This document shows, one piece after another, positions 11,424 to 25,256 of a DNA stretch of 64,000 nt (position 1 is its first letter; the number at the start of each line of letters is the position of its first letter). The position numbers and the translations under genes are program-made. The notes under the pieces are model-generated. The model saw nothing but the letters and a program-made list of their open reading frames with translations, had not been told where the DNA came from and ran no database searches. Source of the stretch: Anaeramoeba ignava BMAN (taxonomy: Eukaryota; Protista; Anaeramoebae); assembly GCA_028826165.1 (NCBI GenBank), contig JAPDFW010000147.1:744001-808000 (forward strand), read 5' to 3'.

Positions 11424-13260
11424 TCATTTTTTTTCTTCAATAAAAAAATCTTCTCTTTTTGGAAATGCAATTAAAAATTCAGATATAAATTCTTCAAAAA
11501 CATTCTGAATTGAATTGTCAATTTTTGATTTAAACCATTTTTTTTTCATTTTTGTTGTTAAAACATCATTTTGTGTATTTTTCTTTTTTAAATTTGGATC
11601 TAAAATAACTTCATTTTCTAATAAAGATAAATTTAATTGTAATTTTTGGAAAAGTTCTTCAATTTTTGAAGTATTTGTTTTTTGAATTTCTTTTTGATTA
11701 ATTTTTTGGGATAAAATATTTTCTTTTTCTTTTTCTTTTTCTTCAATTTTATCATTTTGGAAATTTGTTTGTTGGGATTTTCTAATTGATTGATAAATAA
11801 ATTGGAAATTTTGAATAATTTGAAAAAAATCTTGAATTGGCAAATTATCTTTATCTTTATCTTTATCTTTATCTTTATCTTTATCTTTATCTTTATCTTT
11901 ATCTTTATCTTTATCTTTATCTTTATCTTTATCTTTATCTTTATCTTTATCTTTATCTTTTTCTTTATCTTTATCTTTATCTTTATCTTTTTCTTTATCT
12001 TTTTCTGGTTTCCAATCTAAAAATTCATATTCAGATTTCTTTTTAGGCAACGAAAGAGGAGTATTTTCATTTAATTTATTTTCATTTAATTCATTTTCAT
12101 TTAAATCATTTGAATCATTTGAATCATTTGAATCATTTTCATTTAATTTTTGGATTTCTTTTTCAACTTCATTTCGGATTTGACGTTTGATTTCATTTTC
12201 CTTTTCTTTTTTTTTGATTTCTCTCTTTTTTTCTTTCCATTTTTTTAATAATTTTTTATATTTTTTTGGTTCTATTTTCCAAATTAAATAATTGAAAAAA
12301 AAAAATTTTTTTTTTATTTTTAGGGAAAATTTTTTTTTACCTAATTTTAAAAATTCTCCAAGAGAAAGAAATGGTTCTTTTTCCCAAAAAGGAAATAAAT
12401 CAAATGGAATTTTTCCATCTTTCTTTATTTAAAAAAATTAATTCAAAAAAATTAATTTAAAAAATTTAATTTAAAATTATACTGATTTTATAAAAAGTTT
12501 TGCTCCTTTATTAAGAAATGCTTTAATTATTGAAACATCACCTCTTGCAAAGGCATTGTGTAATGGTGTTCTTCCTGACTATTAATTTGAAAATTTTTTA
12601 TTTAAAATTTTTGACATTTTTTCGATAATTGTTTTTTTACATCCTATTTTATATTTAATTTTCAGATTTTAAATAAATTTTTTCGTTATTTTTCCCTTTT
12701 TTTTACATCTTGACAATTAATATTATCGCATTTATCTAATAATAATTGAATATTTTCATTAGCATTTGGATATTTAGAAAGAATATGAAGAGGAGTTTGA
12801 TTCTTTTAAAAAGAAAAAATAAAACATTTTTTTTTGAATTAAATTTTGTAATGAAAAAATTTCGGAAAAAAAATTTTACAAACTAAAATATTTTTGTAAA
12901 TAATTTAATTTAAAATTTATAATTGAATAATTTAATAATTTTTTAAAATTCAAACAAGATTTGCCTATTTATTTTTTTTTTTAAATTTTTAAAGTTAATT
13001 TTTTTAATTTTTAAATTTTTAATTTTTAATTTTTTTACAAATTTTTGATTAGGATTTGCATTCATTTTAATTGCAGTTTTAAGGAATTCTTTTTTTGAGT
13101 TTGAAATTAATAAATCCAAAAATATATTCTAAAATTTTTAATTGAAATTTAAAAATTAAAAATTTAAAAATAAAAAATTTTTAATAAAAATTTTACTTCA
13201 ATTTTTTCTGGATTCTTTTTTAAAATATTTTTAAGTTCTTTTATTTTGAAAATTTTGCAT
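11424..13260 (-). CDS. Ankyrin-repeat protein with a (DK)n low-complexity tract
   Basis: Multi-exon gene. Ankyrin motifs NQTPLHILSKY (~12800) and GRTPLHNAFARGDVSIIKAFLNKGA (~12575). The last exon includes (KD)n encoded by (atcttt)n at ~11845-12000. Exon boundaries are approximate. Confidence 0.7.
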
Positions 13261-13346
13261 TTTTTTTTAAAATAAAAAAGGAAAAAAATGAAATTAAATT
13301 TTTTTCATTTTTTTCTTTCATTTTTTTTATTTCATTAAAAATTTAA

Positions 13347-14512
13347 ATGAATTCAAATTCTTTATTAAATCCTTTAAATTTTGAAAAATTCACACTTTTT
13401 AATTTTTTAGATGGAAAAATATCCAAAGAAATAATTGATGAATTTGAATCAAAAGGATTTACACCTTCACAAATTCTTTTACAATCAAATTTTGGATTAT
13501 TTGAAGATGATAAAATCAAATTAAAAAAAGAAGATATTCAAAAATTACTTTATACATTATCAATTAATATATGTGGAATACCAAAAACACTTTCAGAAAT
13601 AATAGATAGTGAAAATGAGAAGAAAATATTATTTACAACAAATGATAATATTATTGATAAAGCAATAGGAGGAGGTTTTTCTATTGATTTTGGATTATGT
13701 GAAATTGCTGGTGAAGCTGGAACTGGAAAAACCCAATTTTGCCTTCATTTATTATCTTGTTTACCGAAAAATTGTTTTGCTTTTTATGTTTCAACTGAGC
13801 ATTCAACTCAAATTGAAAGATTATCTGAAATTGCAAAAGAAAATTTGGAAGAAAATAATCAAAATGAATTAACTGATTTATTCAATAGAATTTATGTTAA
13901 TAATGAAATACATAAAGAAAGTCAATTAAACGAATTAATTTTTCATCAAATTCCAAATCTTTGCGATAGAGTTAAATTAGTTATTATTGATTCTATTGCC
14001 TCAATTTTCAGATCACAAACTGATATTATTAAAAGAAGTTCAAGTTTATTGAAAATTTCCAATTTTTGTAAATATTTATCAAAACAATTTGGAGTTGTTT
14101 TTATTTTTGTTAATCAAGTTACTTCCATTATTCAATCTGAAACAAATCCTTTTTTAATTCGAATTCCAAACACAGGAATTATGTTTTCACCTCCAAATCA
14201 AAAGTAAAAAAAAAATTCATTTAAAAAAATTTCAATTTAAAATTTCATTTAAAAAATTCTTTATTATTATTTAGTTCACCTTTTAAACCAAGTCTTGGAT
14301 TAGTTTGGTCAAATTGTATTAATTCAAGAATTATGCTTTATAAAACTTCAAAAAATTATTCTTCAAATGAAAATTTAATTAATCAAAAAAATGAAGAACA
14401 AATTAATGAAAATTTTGAAAGAATTAGAAAATTAGAAATTGTTTTTTCACCAATTTTATCAAATAATTCTTGTAATTTTTTAATTACAAAAAAAGGACTT
14501 AAAGGAATTTAA
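13347..14512 (+). CDS. XRCC3: RAD51 paralog, XRCC3-like
   Basis: Walker A GEAGTGKTQ, Walker B LVIIDSIA and NQV motif. After one intron (~14204-14274) it continues KPSLGLVWSN..RIML...RKLEIVFSP..SCNFLITKKGLKGI*, the XRCC3-type C-terminus. Confidence 0.8.
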
Positions 14513-14688
14513 AAAATCAAAAAAGTTCTTAAAAATTATCTTTTTTTTTTCTCTTTCTTTTTTTTTTTTGTTTCCCTAAAAAAAAAAAAAAAATCAAATC
14601 AAAAAATAATTGTTGAATCTGAAAAGAAGAAGAAGAAAAAAAAAAGCAAAAGAATGAAAAAAAAAAAATCAAAAAAAATTGATTTTTT

Positions 14689-17600
14689 TCATTTAAAAGC
14701 TTGTTCAAGTTTCTTTAATGAAGTTTTTCCTTTTGATCTCCATTCTTGATTAGAAACCCAAACAGTAGGATTTTTTGAAAGAACATCAGCCAAAACAGCA
14801 CCTCCAAGGAAAACCATATGTTTTCTTCTTGGTGGATCTTCAATTTTAAGTCCAAATCTTTTTAATCTTGATCGATCTCCTTTAAGAACTTTTTGTAAAT
14901 ATAATTCTTTGACATCTTGTTCAAGTCTTGTTGAAATACCTGGGAACATAGATGAGCCACCTGAAAGAACAACATGTTCATATAACTAAAACAATTTTAA
15001 ATTTCAAACAAATTTTCAAACAAAATTTTTCAATTTAAACAAATTTTCAATTTTGATTTTAAATAAATTTTCAATTTTAATTTTAAATAAATTTTAATTT
15101 TAAATTTCAAACATATTTTCAATTTTAATTTTAAATTTTAATTTTAAACAAATTTTTCAATTTTCATTTTAATTTTAATTTCAATTTTAATTTTAAATAA
15201 ATTTTCAATTTTAATTTTAAATAAATTTTCAATTTTAATTTTAAATAAATTTTCAATTTTAATTTTAAATAAATTTTCAATTTTAATTTTAAACAAATTT
15301 TCAATTTTAATTTTAATTTTAATTTCAATTTTAATTTCAAATAAATTTTCAATTTTAATTTTAAACAAATTTTCAATTTTAATTTTAATTAAATTTTCAA
15401 TTTTAATTTTAATTTTGATTTTCAATTTCAATTTAAACAAATTTTCAATTTAAATAAATTTTCAATTTTAATTTTAAACAAATTTTTCAATTTTAATTTT
15501 AAATAAATTTTCAATTTTAATTTTAATTTTAATTTTAATTTTAATTTTAATTTTAAATAAATTTTAATTTTAATTTTAAACAAATTTTCAATTTTAATTT
15601 TAAACAAATTTTTAATTTTAATTTTAAATAAATTTTAATTTTAAATTTCAAACATATTTTTAATTTTAATTTTAAATTTTAATTTTAAACAAATTTTTCA
15701 ATTTTAATTTTAAATAAATTTTCAATTTTAAATTTAAACAAATTTTCAATTTAATTTTATATAAATTTTCAATTTTAAACAAATTTTTCAATTTTCATTT
15801 TAAATAAATTTTCAATTTTAATTTTAAATAAATTTTTAATTTTAATTTTAAATAAATTTTTAATTTTAATTTTAAACATATTTTCAATTTTAATTTTAAT
15901 TTTAATTTTAATTTCAATTTTAATTTTAATTTTAATTTTAATTTTAAATAAATTTTCAATTTTAAATAAATTTTCAATTTTAATTTCAAACAAATTTTCA
16001 ATTTTAATTTTAAATAAATTTTCAATTTTAATTTTAAACAAATTTTCAATTTTAATTTTAAATAAATTTTCAATTTTAATTTTAAACAAATTTTCATTTT
16101 AATTTCAAACATATTTTCAATTTTAATTTTAATTTTAATTTTAATTTTAATTTGACATTTTAATTTTATATTTTAATTTACTTTTGGTCGAATATCAATT
16201 GGTGTACTTTGAATAACATTGAAAAGAGCTTCTGAAACTCCAACACTTTCAACATCAATAATACCAGGTTGAAATAAAATTTCTGGGGCTTCAAATCTTT
16301 CAGAACCAATTTTAATTACTCTTCCATCAGGTAATGTAAATGGTTTAATTAAACATGTTGTTTCTAATGCAAGTCTTTTTTCAAGTTCTAAATCACAACA
16401 AACATAACAGAATTTTTCCTTTAATTTCAGCAACAGTATCAAAATCAGCAGTTCTATTAAAGACTAAAATTTAAAATAATTTTAATTTTAATTTAATTTT
16501 AATTTTAATTTTAATTTTAATTTTAAATTTTAATTTTAATTTTTAATTTTAATTTTAATTTTAATTTTAATTTTAATTTTAATTTTAATTTTAATTTTAA
16601 TTTTAATTTTAATTTTAATTTTAATTTTAATTTTAATTTTAATTTTAATTTTAATTTTAATTTTAATTTAATTTTAATTTTAATTTTAATTTTGATTTTA
16701 ATTTTAATTTTAATTTTAATTTTAATTTTTGATTATTTTTACCATATCCTCTAAGAAGTAACAATTTAATTAAATACTTAGTAATATCTCGACCAGCAAT
16801 ATCAATTCTTTTAATAGAATGTGGAAGTGCAAAACCTTCATAAACAGGAATAATATGTGTAACACCATCACCAGAATCAACAACAATACCAGTCATTAAA
16901 CCTAAAAATTGAGAAATAATTTAATTTAGAATTTGATTTTAATTTTAATTTTAATTTTAATTTTAATTTTAATTTTAATTTTAATTTGAATTTGAATTTG
17001 AATTTTAATTTTAATTTTAATTTTAATTTTAATTTTAATTTTAATTTTAATTTTAATTTTAATTTTAATTTTAATTTTAATTTTAATTTTAATTTTAATT
17101 TGAATTTGAAATTGAATTTGAATTTGAATTTAATTTGATTTTAATTTTAATTTTAATTTTAATTTTAATTTTAATTTGAATTTTAATTTTAATTTTAATT
17201 TTAATTTGAATTTGAATTTGAATTTTAATTTTGATTTTAATTTGAATTTGAATTTGAATTTTAATTTTAATTTGAATTTGAATTTTAATTTTAATTTTAA
17301 TTTTAATTTTGATTTTAATTTTAATTTTAATATTAATATTAATTTTATAAATGAATTTTGATTTTGATTTTGATTTTAATTTTAATTTTGATTTTAATTT
17401 TAATTTTAATTTTTATTTTAATTTTAATTTGAATTTGAATTTGAATTTTAATTTTAATTTTAATTCTAATTTTAATTTTAATTTTAATTTTAATTTGAAT
17501 TTGAATTTGAATTTGAATTTGAATTTGAATTTTAATTTAGATTATTTTGATTTCATTTCATGTAAGTATAAAAATTTGAAATGAAAAAATAATATTTTTC

Positions 17601-19068
17601 TTACCTTGTGCATATAATACAAGAAGAGCCTGTGTTGCAATATAAATAGATTTGAAATTATATTTCTCAAACATTAATTCAGCCATTTTTTCTCGATTTG
17701 AAGTTGGATTTAATGGAGCTTCTGTTAAAAGAATTGAATTATTTGGTCCATCAATACCTAATTTTTCAAAAGTATAATCATAAAGGATTTCCATATCTTC
17801 CCAATTTCTAACAATTCCATTTTCAAGTGGATAAGAAATTTGAAGCATATTTCTGACTTTTGCGGCTTCTTCTCCAACCATAATGTCCTATTTATTAATT
17901 AAATTTTAAATTGAATTTGAATTTGAATTTTGATTTTGAATTTGAATTTTAATTTGAATTTGAATTTGAATTTTGAATTTGAATTTGAATTTTAATTTCA
18001 TTTTTAATTTTAATTTTAATTTTAATTTGAATTTGAATTTGAATTTGAATTTGATTTTTATTTTGATTTTGAATTTAAATTGAATTTGAATTTGAATTTT
18101 GAATTTTGAATTTTGAATTTTAATTTGAATTTGAATTTTAATTTTTAATTTTAATTTGAATTTTAATTTTTAATTTTAATTTGAATTTGAATTTTAATTT
18201 TAATTTTAATTTTAATTTGAATTTGAATTTGAATTTGAATTTGAATTTTAATTTGATTTTAATTTGAATTTGATTTTAATTTGAATTTTAATTTTAATTT
18301 TAATTTGAATTTTAATTTTAATTTTAATTTTAATTTTAATTTGAATTTGAATTTTAATTTTAATTTGAATTTGAATTTGAATTTGAATTTTAATTTGATT
18401 TTTAATTTGATTTTGAATTTTGATTTTAATTTTAATTTTAATTTTCATTTTAAATTTAATTTTAATTTTAAATTTAATTTTAATTTTAATTTTAATTTTA
18501 ATTTTAATTTTAATTTTAATTTTAATTTTAATTTGAATTTGAATTTGAATTTGAATTTGAATTTGAATTTGAATTTGAATTTAAATTTAAATTTTAATTT
18601 TAATTTTATAAATGAATTTGAATTTGAATTTGAATTTGATTTTAATTTTAATTTTATAAATGAATTTGAATTTGAATTTGAATTTGAATTTGAATTTGAT
18701 TTACAAAACTAAAAAAAAATATTGAAAAAAAAAACTTGAAAAAAAAATTACCTTAATTTCAACATCTTCAACTTTTTCTTCAAAACGAAGAACTGGTCTA
18801 CCAAGCATTGAAGGATAAGTATATCTAGGAAAGTTAGCACCAGCATAACCTACTTTTACATAACCAGTTCCATTATCTAGAAACAAAATTTAATTTAAAA
18901 TAAAAAATAAGCAAAAAAAAAATTTATAAAAAAAATTTTTCCATTTTAAATTTTTATTAAATAGTTTTATTAAATTATTTTAAACACTGAAGGCAAAAAA
19001 ATTTTTTTTTACTTACCACAAACAATAACATTTTTATTGCCTTTTTCTGCAAGTTCTGGTTGATTCAT
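14689..19068 (-). CDS. ARP2: Actin-related protein 2 (Arp2/3 complex)
   Basis: [77 protein letters not shown] and [19 protein letters not shown]. Six exons are separated by repeat-expanded introns. Confidence 0.96.
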
Positions 19069-19329
19069 TTTGTTGTTTTTTTAAATTTTTTGTTAAATTT
19101 TTTGTTTGTTTTTTGTTTTAAAAAAGAAAGAATTAAATGAAAATTTAAAAAAAGAAAGAAGAAAAAATGAAAAAATATAAAAAACAAAATTTAATCAAAA
19201 AAAAAATTAATTTTTCTCCTTTTATTTTTTCTCCTTTTTTATTTATTATTTATTATTTATTTTGTTTTGTAAATAAATACAAATTTACATTTTGGATTTA
19301 TAGATTATTTCATATTTTCTTGTTTGGAA

Positions 19330-21087
19330 TTAAAATTTTTCATTATTAATTTCTAATTCATTTAAAACTTTTTCTATATCATTTTGAATTATTTTTTCTT
19401 CTTTGAAAAATGTTAAAATTCTTGAATAAGTTTTTTGATATTCACTAAATTCACTCAGAAGCTTTTTATTCTCTAATTTAATTTCTTCTAAAATTTTTAA
19501 TTTTTCAAAAAGAATTTTATCAAATTGTTGGAAATCTTTCATTCTAATCCTTCTTTCTGAATGTAAACTAATAAGAAGTTGATCTATTTCAGATCTTTGT
19601 TGTTGAGAATAATATTCAAATTTTCTTTTTAATTGATTTATTAATGAAATTATTGATTTTTCCAATTCTTTATCTAATTTCTTTTCAATTGATATTTGTA
19701 TTTCAAGTATTTTTTGTGATAATGTTTCTTGAAGTTGAAATTCCAAAAAATCAAAAATAAAGAATTGAAAATCTTCTTCATTTTGTGTCTTTTTTTCCAA
19801 TGTTATTGAATTTGTTCGAGAACTATTTTCTTGTGAAAGTAAATTAAAATCTGTAGAAATATCTTTTTTTAGATTGAATTCAACAACTTCCAAATTTTCG
19901 AATGAGTTTTGATTTATTAATTCATTCTCTTTTTGTGATTTTTCTTGATTTGGATTTTGATTATCATAAATTATATCTTGTTCTTGAACTAAATTTTTAT
20001 TTTTTTTTTTGATTTCATGTTAAAGAAAAAAAATAATTTGAATTTATAAAAAATTTACATAATAAAGAAGATGTTGTTAAATGATCAATATCCAAATTTT
20101 TCAAATCTTTGAATAAAGGATCCAAATCAGAAATATCAACAGAAACATCACTAAGTAAATCTTCAACATTTGTAAAATCACAACTTTCAGTTACAACACT
20201 CATAGTTGAATTTACAGATGAAAATGCATTATTTGGATTTTTGTTATATGAAATTTTTGGTTCAAAAATTGGTTCAAATGATAAAATAAGAATAAAATTT
20301 TGATGAACATTATAAACAGCAACCTAAATTAAATTTTAATAAGAATTAATATTAAAATTAAAATTAAAATTCATTTTGAAATTAAAATTAAAATCCATTT
20401 TGAAATTAGAATTAAAATTATAAATTCATTTTGAAATTAATATTAAAATTCATTTTGAAATTAAAATTAAAATTTATAAATTGAAATTAAAATTCATTTT
20501 GAAATTAAAATTAAAATCCATTTTGAAATTAAAATTAAAATTCATTTTGAAATTAAAATTAAAATTCATTTTGAAATTAAAATTAAAAGTTTTCAGAAAA
20601 TTTACAGAAATTTCAACCCAGAATTCTTCATTTAATAAATCCTTCAATTTAAAATCAAATTTTGTAATTTGCGGACGAGAAAATTGATGAGAAGATCTTT
20701 AATCAAAAAAAAAAAAAAAGCAAAAAAAAAATAAGATAAATTTTTTTTAAAGAAATTAGAATTTAAATAAAAAGGAATTATTAAAAAAATAACAGACTCA
20801 ATTAAAGAAGGGATTAAATAACCAAAAGCTCTTGATGAAAGAGTTTTCATATGAGGTTGAAAATCAGGACAAAAATTGATAAGTTTAAGTTTTAAACATT
20901 CTTCTCTTGAAATACATTTAAGCATTAAAATGCATGAATTATTAATTTCTAATATTTTTGTGTTTGAATATATAATCATCATTGGTTCAGCTGTTTTTTG
21001 AATTGCTCTTTGATAAGTTTTAAGTGTTTTTTTGTTTATTTTTTTTGTTGTAAATGTTTCAATAAGTGAAGTTTTTTTTGAATCCAT
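19330..21087 (-). CDS. PAS-domain protein with a C-terminal coiled coil
   Basis: The N-terminal exon AIQKTAEPMMIIYSNTKILEINNSCILMLKC.SREE......FCPDFQP is PAS-like. Further exons lie at ~20700-20605, ~20323-20060 and ~19990-19330. Confidence 0.6.
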
Positions 21088-21341
21088 AATAAAAAATTAA
21101 TTATAATTATAATAATTATTATAATAAAAAAAAACGAAATTTTTTAAATTGAAAAAAAAATTTTTTTCTAATTGTTGTTGTTGTTTTTTGTTTTAAAAAA
21201 AAAAGGAAAAAATAAAAATAAAAAATGAGAAAGAAAAAAAAAGAAAAAAAAAATTTTTCGCTTTTTAGTTTTTTTTTTAATTTTTTTTAATTTCATTTTT
21301 TTTCTTAATCATCTTTTTTTCCTTTTTATTTTCTTTTAAAA

Positions 21342-24155
21342 ATGTCTAATTCAAAAGAAACTCAAATTGCTGATTTAATTTCTCAAAAAACACATGAAAA
21401 ATTTAATTTTAAATTAAAAGATAAACAATTTTGGAAAATTCTTTGTTTGCTTATTTATAGATTTGATCCTCAAAAACAAAAAAAACTACCAAAGTTTGTA
21501 TTCAAAATTCAATTTCAATTTCAATTTCAAATTCATTTCCAAATTAAAATTCAATTAAAAATTAAATTCATTTCCAAATTAAAATTCAAATTAAAATTAA
21601 AAAAATTCAAATTCAATTTAAAATTAAAATTCAAATTAAATTAATTTCAATTTCAAATTCAAATTAAAATTCAAAATTAAAATTAAAATTCAAATTAAAA
21701 TTAAAATTCAAAAATTCAAATTCAAATTAAAAATTAATATTTAAATCAAATCCAAATTAAAATTCAAAATCAAAATTAAAATTCAATTTAAAATTTAAAT
21801 TCAAAAATTCAAATTCAAATTAAAATTAAAATTAAAATTAAATTTAAATTAAAATTCAAATTAAAATTAAATTCAATTTCAATTTCAAATTCAAATTCAA
21901 ATTCAAATTCAAATTCAAATTCAAATTCAAATTCAAAATTCAAATCAAATTAATATTAAAATTCAATTCAAATTCAAATCCAAATTCAATTCAAATTCAA
22001 ATCCAAATTAAAATTTAAATTCAAAAATTCAAATTCAAATTAAAATTCAATTAAAAATTAAAATTAAAATTAAAATTAAAATTAAAATTAAAATTCAATT
22101 TCAAATTCAAATTCAAATTCAAATTTAAATTCAAATTTAAATTCAAAAATTCAAATTAAAATTAAAATTAAAATTCAAAATCAAATTAAAATTCAAAATC
22201 AAAAATTAATATTAAAATTAAAAAATTCTTTTTTTTAAAAAAAAAAAAGACAAACAATGGAACAAAACAAAGAAACTTTTTTTAGATTCTGTAAAAAAAT
22301 AGAAGCACCAAAAAATTTATTAAACTATCAAAAAAAAACAGATTTAATTCCATTATTACAATATATTTTAAGCAATCAATCAACAAAACAAAAAAGAACA
22401 CTGAAAGAATTTTCAGTTCGAATTTTGGATTCAGATTTAGCAAAAATAGATACAGGACAATTAAAAATCCAAAACGACAAAGTTACCATTTTAACATTAA
22501 ATGCAGATTATTCTAATCAAGTGTCAAAAATTCAAGTAACAAAACACCCACATGATTCCAAAGTATTGAAATTTTCATTTGGAAACTCAATCCAAATAGT
22601 ATCTTTTAATACCGAATCAGAACGTGATTCATTTTTATCAGAATTATCCAAAATGAAAGATGGATCAAAAAAAGACAAAATGGAAAATGATTTGGATTTT
22701 AATTTCCAAACAGATTTAGAAATGAAAAATATTCAAGAACCAATTTATCCAATAAAATTTAAAGTCAACATTGTTGATAATGATTTAAAAACACTTTCAG
22801 CTGCTATTCTTGTTTTGGATGAAAAGGAATTTCAAGTCCAAACAAAAGACCAAATCAAAAGAAGTCGATACAATAAAAAATTGGAAATATTTTACGATCC
22901 AAAAACAATGACTTTGTTCAAAATCAACTTGAAAAATAACAAGTATTTTGTGTTGTTTCCAGTCTCTTCTCAAGCAAAAGCATTTCTATACATTTATAAT
23001 AAAGCACGTTTCCAACCATATTCACAAAAAGATGAAATGAATATAAATCAAAATTCAAATATGCAGTTTAACGAAAATACAACAACATCAACATCTTCAT
23101 TTGAACAATCAAAATCACAAAAACAAAATAAAAAAGAATTCAAAACTGATGATGAATTCAAAACTGATAATGAATTCAAAACTGATAATGAATTCAAAAC
23201 TGATAATGAATTCAAAACTGATACTGAATTCAAAACTGATAATGAATTCAAAACTGATAATGAATTTAAAACTGATACTGAATTCCATTCTGAAGTTGAA
23301 ATGAAATCTGAAGATGATTTCAAAACTGATACCGATTTTCATTCTGAAATTGAAATGAAATCAAGTGATGAAAATACTCCAAAAAATTATCCAAAATCTT
23401 ATATTCAACAAAAATATCAAGAAAATAAAACAGATTCAGAATTTGAAACAGACAATGAACTTGCTTATGGAAATCAAAACCTCCCAAAATTTCAAACATT
23501 TGAATTTATTGTTGATCTTGTTGATAAACATTTAATCAAAATTGAGCAAGCAAAAATAATAATTCGAGATCAAGAAATTATTTTCAAACCTGGAAATTCA
23601 AGTCCAAAAACATCTCATATTTCAAATGTTTTAATTGGTTCACATCCAAGACATCCAACAATATTCACTATTAAATTCAAGGATTCAAATTCATTTTTTT
23701 TCGCAGTTGAATCTGAAAATATAGCTTTTAAATTTATGCAAACAGTTCAAGAAAGACAACAAAAATCAAATCCAAATCAAAATTCAATTCAAAATCCAAA
23801 TCAAAATGAAAATCAAAATTTAAATCAAATTCAAAATCAAAATCAAAATCAAAATCAAATTCAAATTCAAATTCAAAAAAATCCTTCTTTTAATGCAGAA
23901 GTTATTGATAAATCCCTTAATAAAGTTTCAGATGTTATTATGACTTTTGAAGACTCAATGTTCCAATTTAAAACTGATACTGAAACCCTTTTTTCTGCTT
24001 ATGATTCTTCTCTTCAAGTTTTTGTTCATGCTCAACTGGAAAATGTTTTAAGAATTTCTTGTGCAAGTAAAATTTTCCGAATTTCTTTTTCATCACCAGA
24101 AGAAAGAAATGAATTTTTATCAACTTTTCAACAAAAAACAGGAAATTTAAATTGA
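21342..24155 (+). CDS. Hypothetical protein with repeated PH-like modules and an EFKTDN repeat
   Basis: Exon 1 runs 21342-~21493, a repeat-rich intron runs to ~22249, then a 632-aa ORF follows. About four similar ~90-aa modules end in 'F.(S/T)..ER..F'. A tandem 18-bp repeat lies at ~23135-23345. Confidence 0.6.
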
Positions 24156-24231
24156 TAAAACAAAAAAATAAAATAAAATCATTCTTTCAAATCATTCTTT
24201 AATTTCTTTTTAAATTTTTGATTTTAAATTT

Positions 24232-24594
24232 TTAAATTTTAAATTTTGGATCTTTTTTAAATTTTTCATATGCTTCAAAATTAAAATAAGAAATTTCTGA
24301 TTCTGAAACAATTCCACTTTCTTTCAATGTTTTTTCTTCATTCAATATTAAATTTTCATCATCATTTAAATTAATTGAAAGTTGATTTGGTTTTGCTTGT
24401 TGAGGAATTGAAAATAATTTTAATTTATTAAATTGATAAGTTCTAAATGGTAAAAATTTTTCATTTTTTTGAATTTCTTCGTCGATAAGATTCCTGAATT
24501 CTTTGATTGATAAATTCTCATCCACATCTTTTAAAATCATGTATTTAATAACTCTATATTCAAAATTTTTTATTAAACGAACAGTAACAATCAT
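24232..24594 (-). CDS. UPF0538 / C2orf76 (AIM29, DUF2340) ubiquitin-like protein
   Basis: MIVTVRLIKNFEYR..K.MIL, LPFRT..F..LKL, K...L.INL.DDE.LIL and E.EISYFN.E.YEKFK.DP match the family pattern. Confidence 0.85.
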   Translation of the reverse strand: MIVTVRLIKNFEYRVIKYMILKDVDENLSIKEFRNLIDEEIQKNEKFLPFRTYQFNKLKLFSIPQQAKPNQLSINLNDDENLILNEEKTLKESGIVSESEISYFNFEAYEKFKKDPKFKI

Positions 24595-24713
24595 TTTAAT
24601 TTGATATTTTTTTTAAAAATAAAAAGAAAAAAAAATAAAAAAAATTTTTTTTTTCATTTTTTTTCTTGTTTTTTATTCTTTTTATTCTTTATTAAATAAT
24701 TTTTTTCCAAATA

Positions 24714-25154
24714 ATGATTCCTTTTTACAAAAATTTCCAAATCAATTCTTTATTGAAATCAACTTCTTTTATTTTCCAATTTAGTTCAAATAACGAAAAC
24801 TCAAATTTTTCTTTGCAATCAATTTTAGAAAAATTAAAAGAAAAAAATTCATTAAAAATTTCAAAAGGAGAAGAGCATGAAAACTTTCGAAAAATTATGG
24901 GGAAACCTGAAAAAAGCTTTGGTATAATAACAAGTGGAGATCTTAATACTTGGAAAATCAAAAACGAATCAAATGAAATTCTTGTTGAAGAATTTAGTAG
25001 TAAAAAAAGTGAATATTGGATAAGAAAAGTTAAATCAGAAAAAGATTTGGAAAAATTTATTGATTTTAGAAGTGAAGGTTATGAAAAAATGTGGGGATCT
25101 TGTTGTTCAAGGTCTATAAAATATGAAGAAGAATTTGATCCATCCAAAAAATAA
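24714..25154 (+). CDS. Hypothetical protein (146 aa)
   Basis: Intronless ATG-TAA ORF with coding-like composition; no family recognised. Confidence 0.55.
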   Translation: MIPFYKNFQINSLLKSTSFIFQFSSNNENSNFSLQSILEKLKEKNSLKISKGEEHENFRKIMGKPEKSFGIITSGDLNTWKIKNESNEILVEEFSSKKSEYWIRKVKSEKDLEKFIDFRSEGYEKMWGSCCSRSIKYEEEFDPSKK

Positions 25155-25256
25155 ATCAAAAATAATTGAACTAGCAAAAAAAAAACAAAAAAAGAAGAAT
25201 AAATAAAAAAATAAATAAAAAAGTGGAACAAAAAAAAATTTAAATTCATTTTTTAT

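Noticed and set aside
10300-18712. Low-complexity ORFs such as (IL)n, (NF)n, (KI)n and (LK)n, also those at 20481, 27221, 34545 and 42763-44185
   Set aside because: They are chance translations of intronic or intergenic simple repeats.
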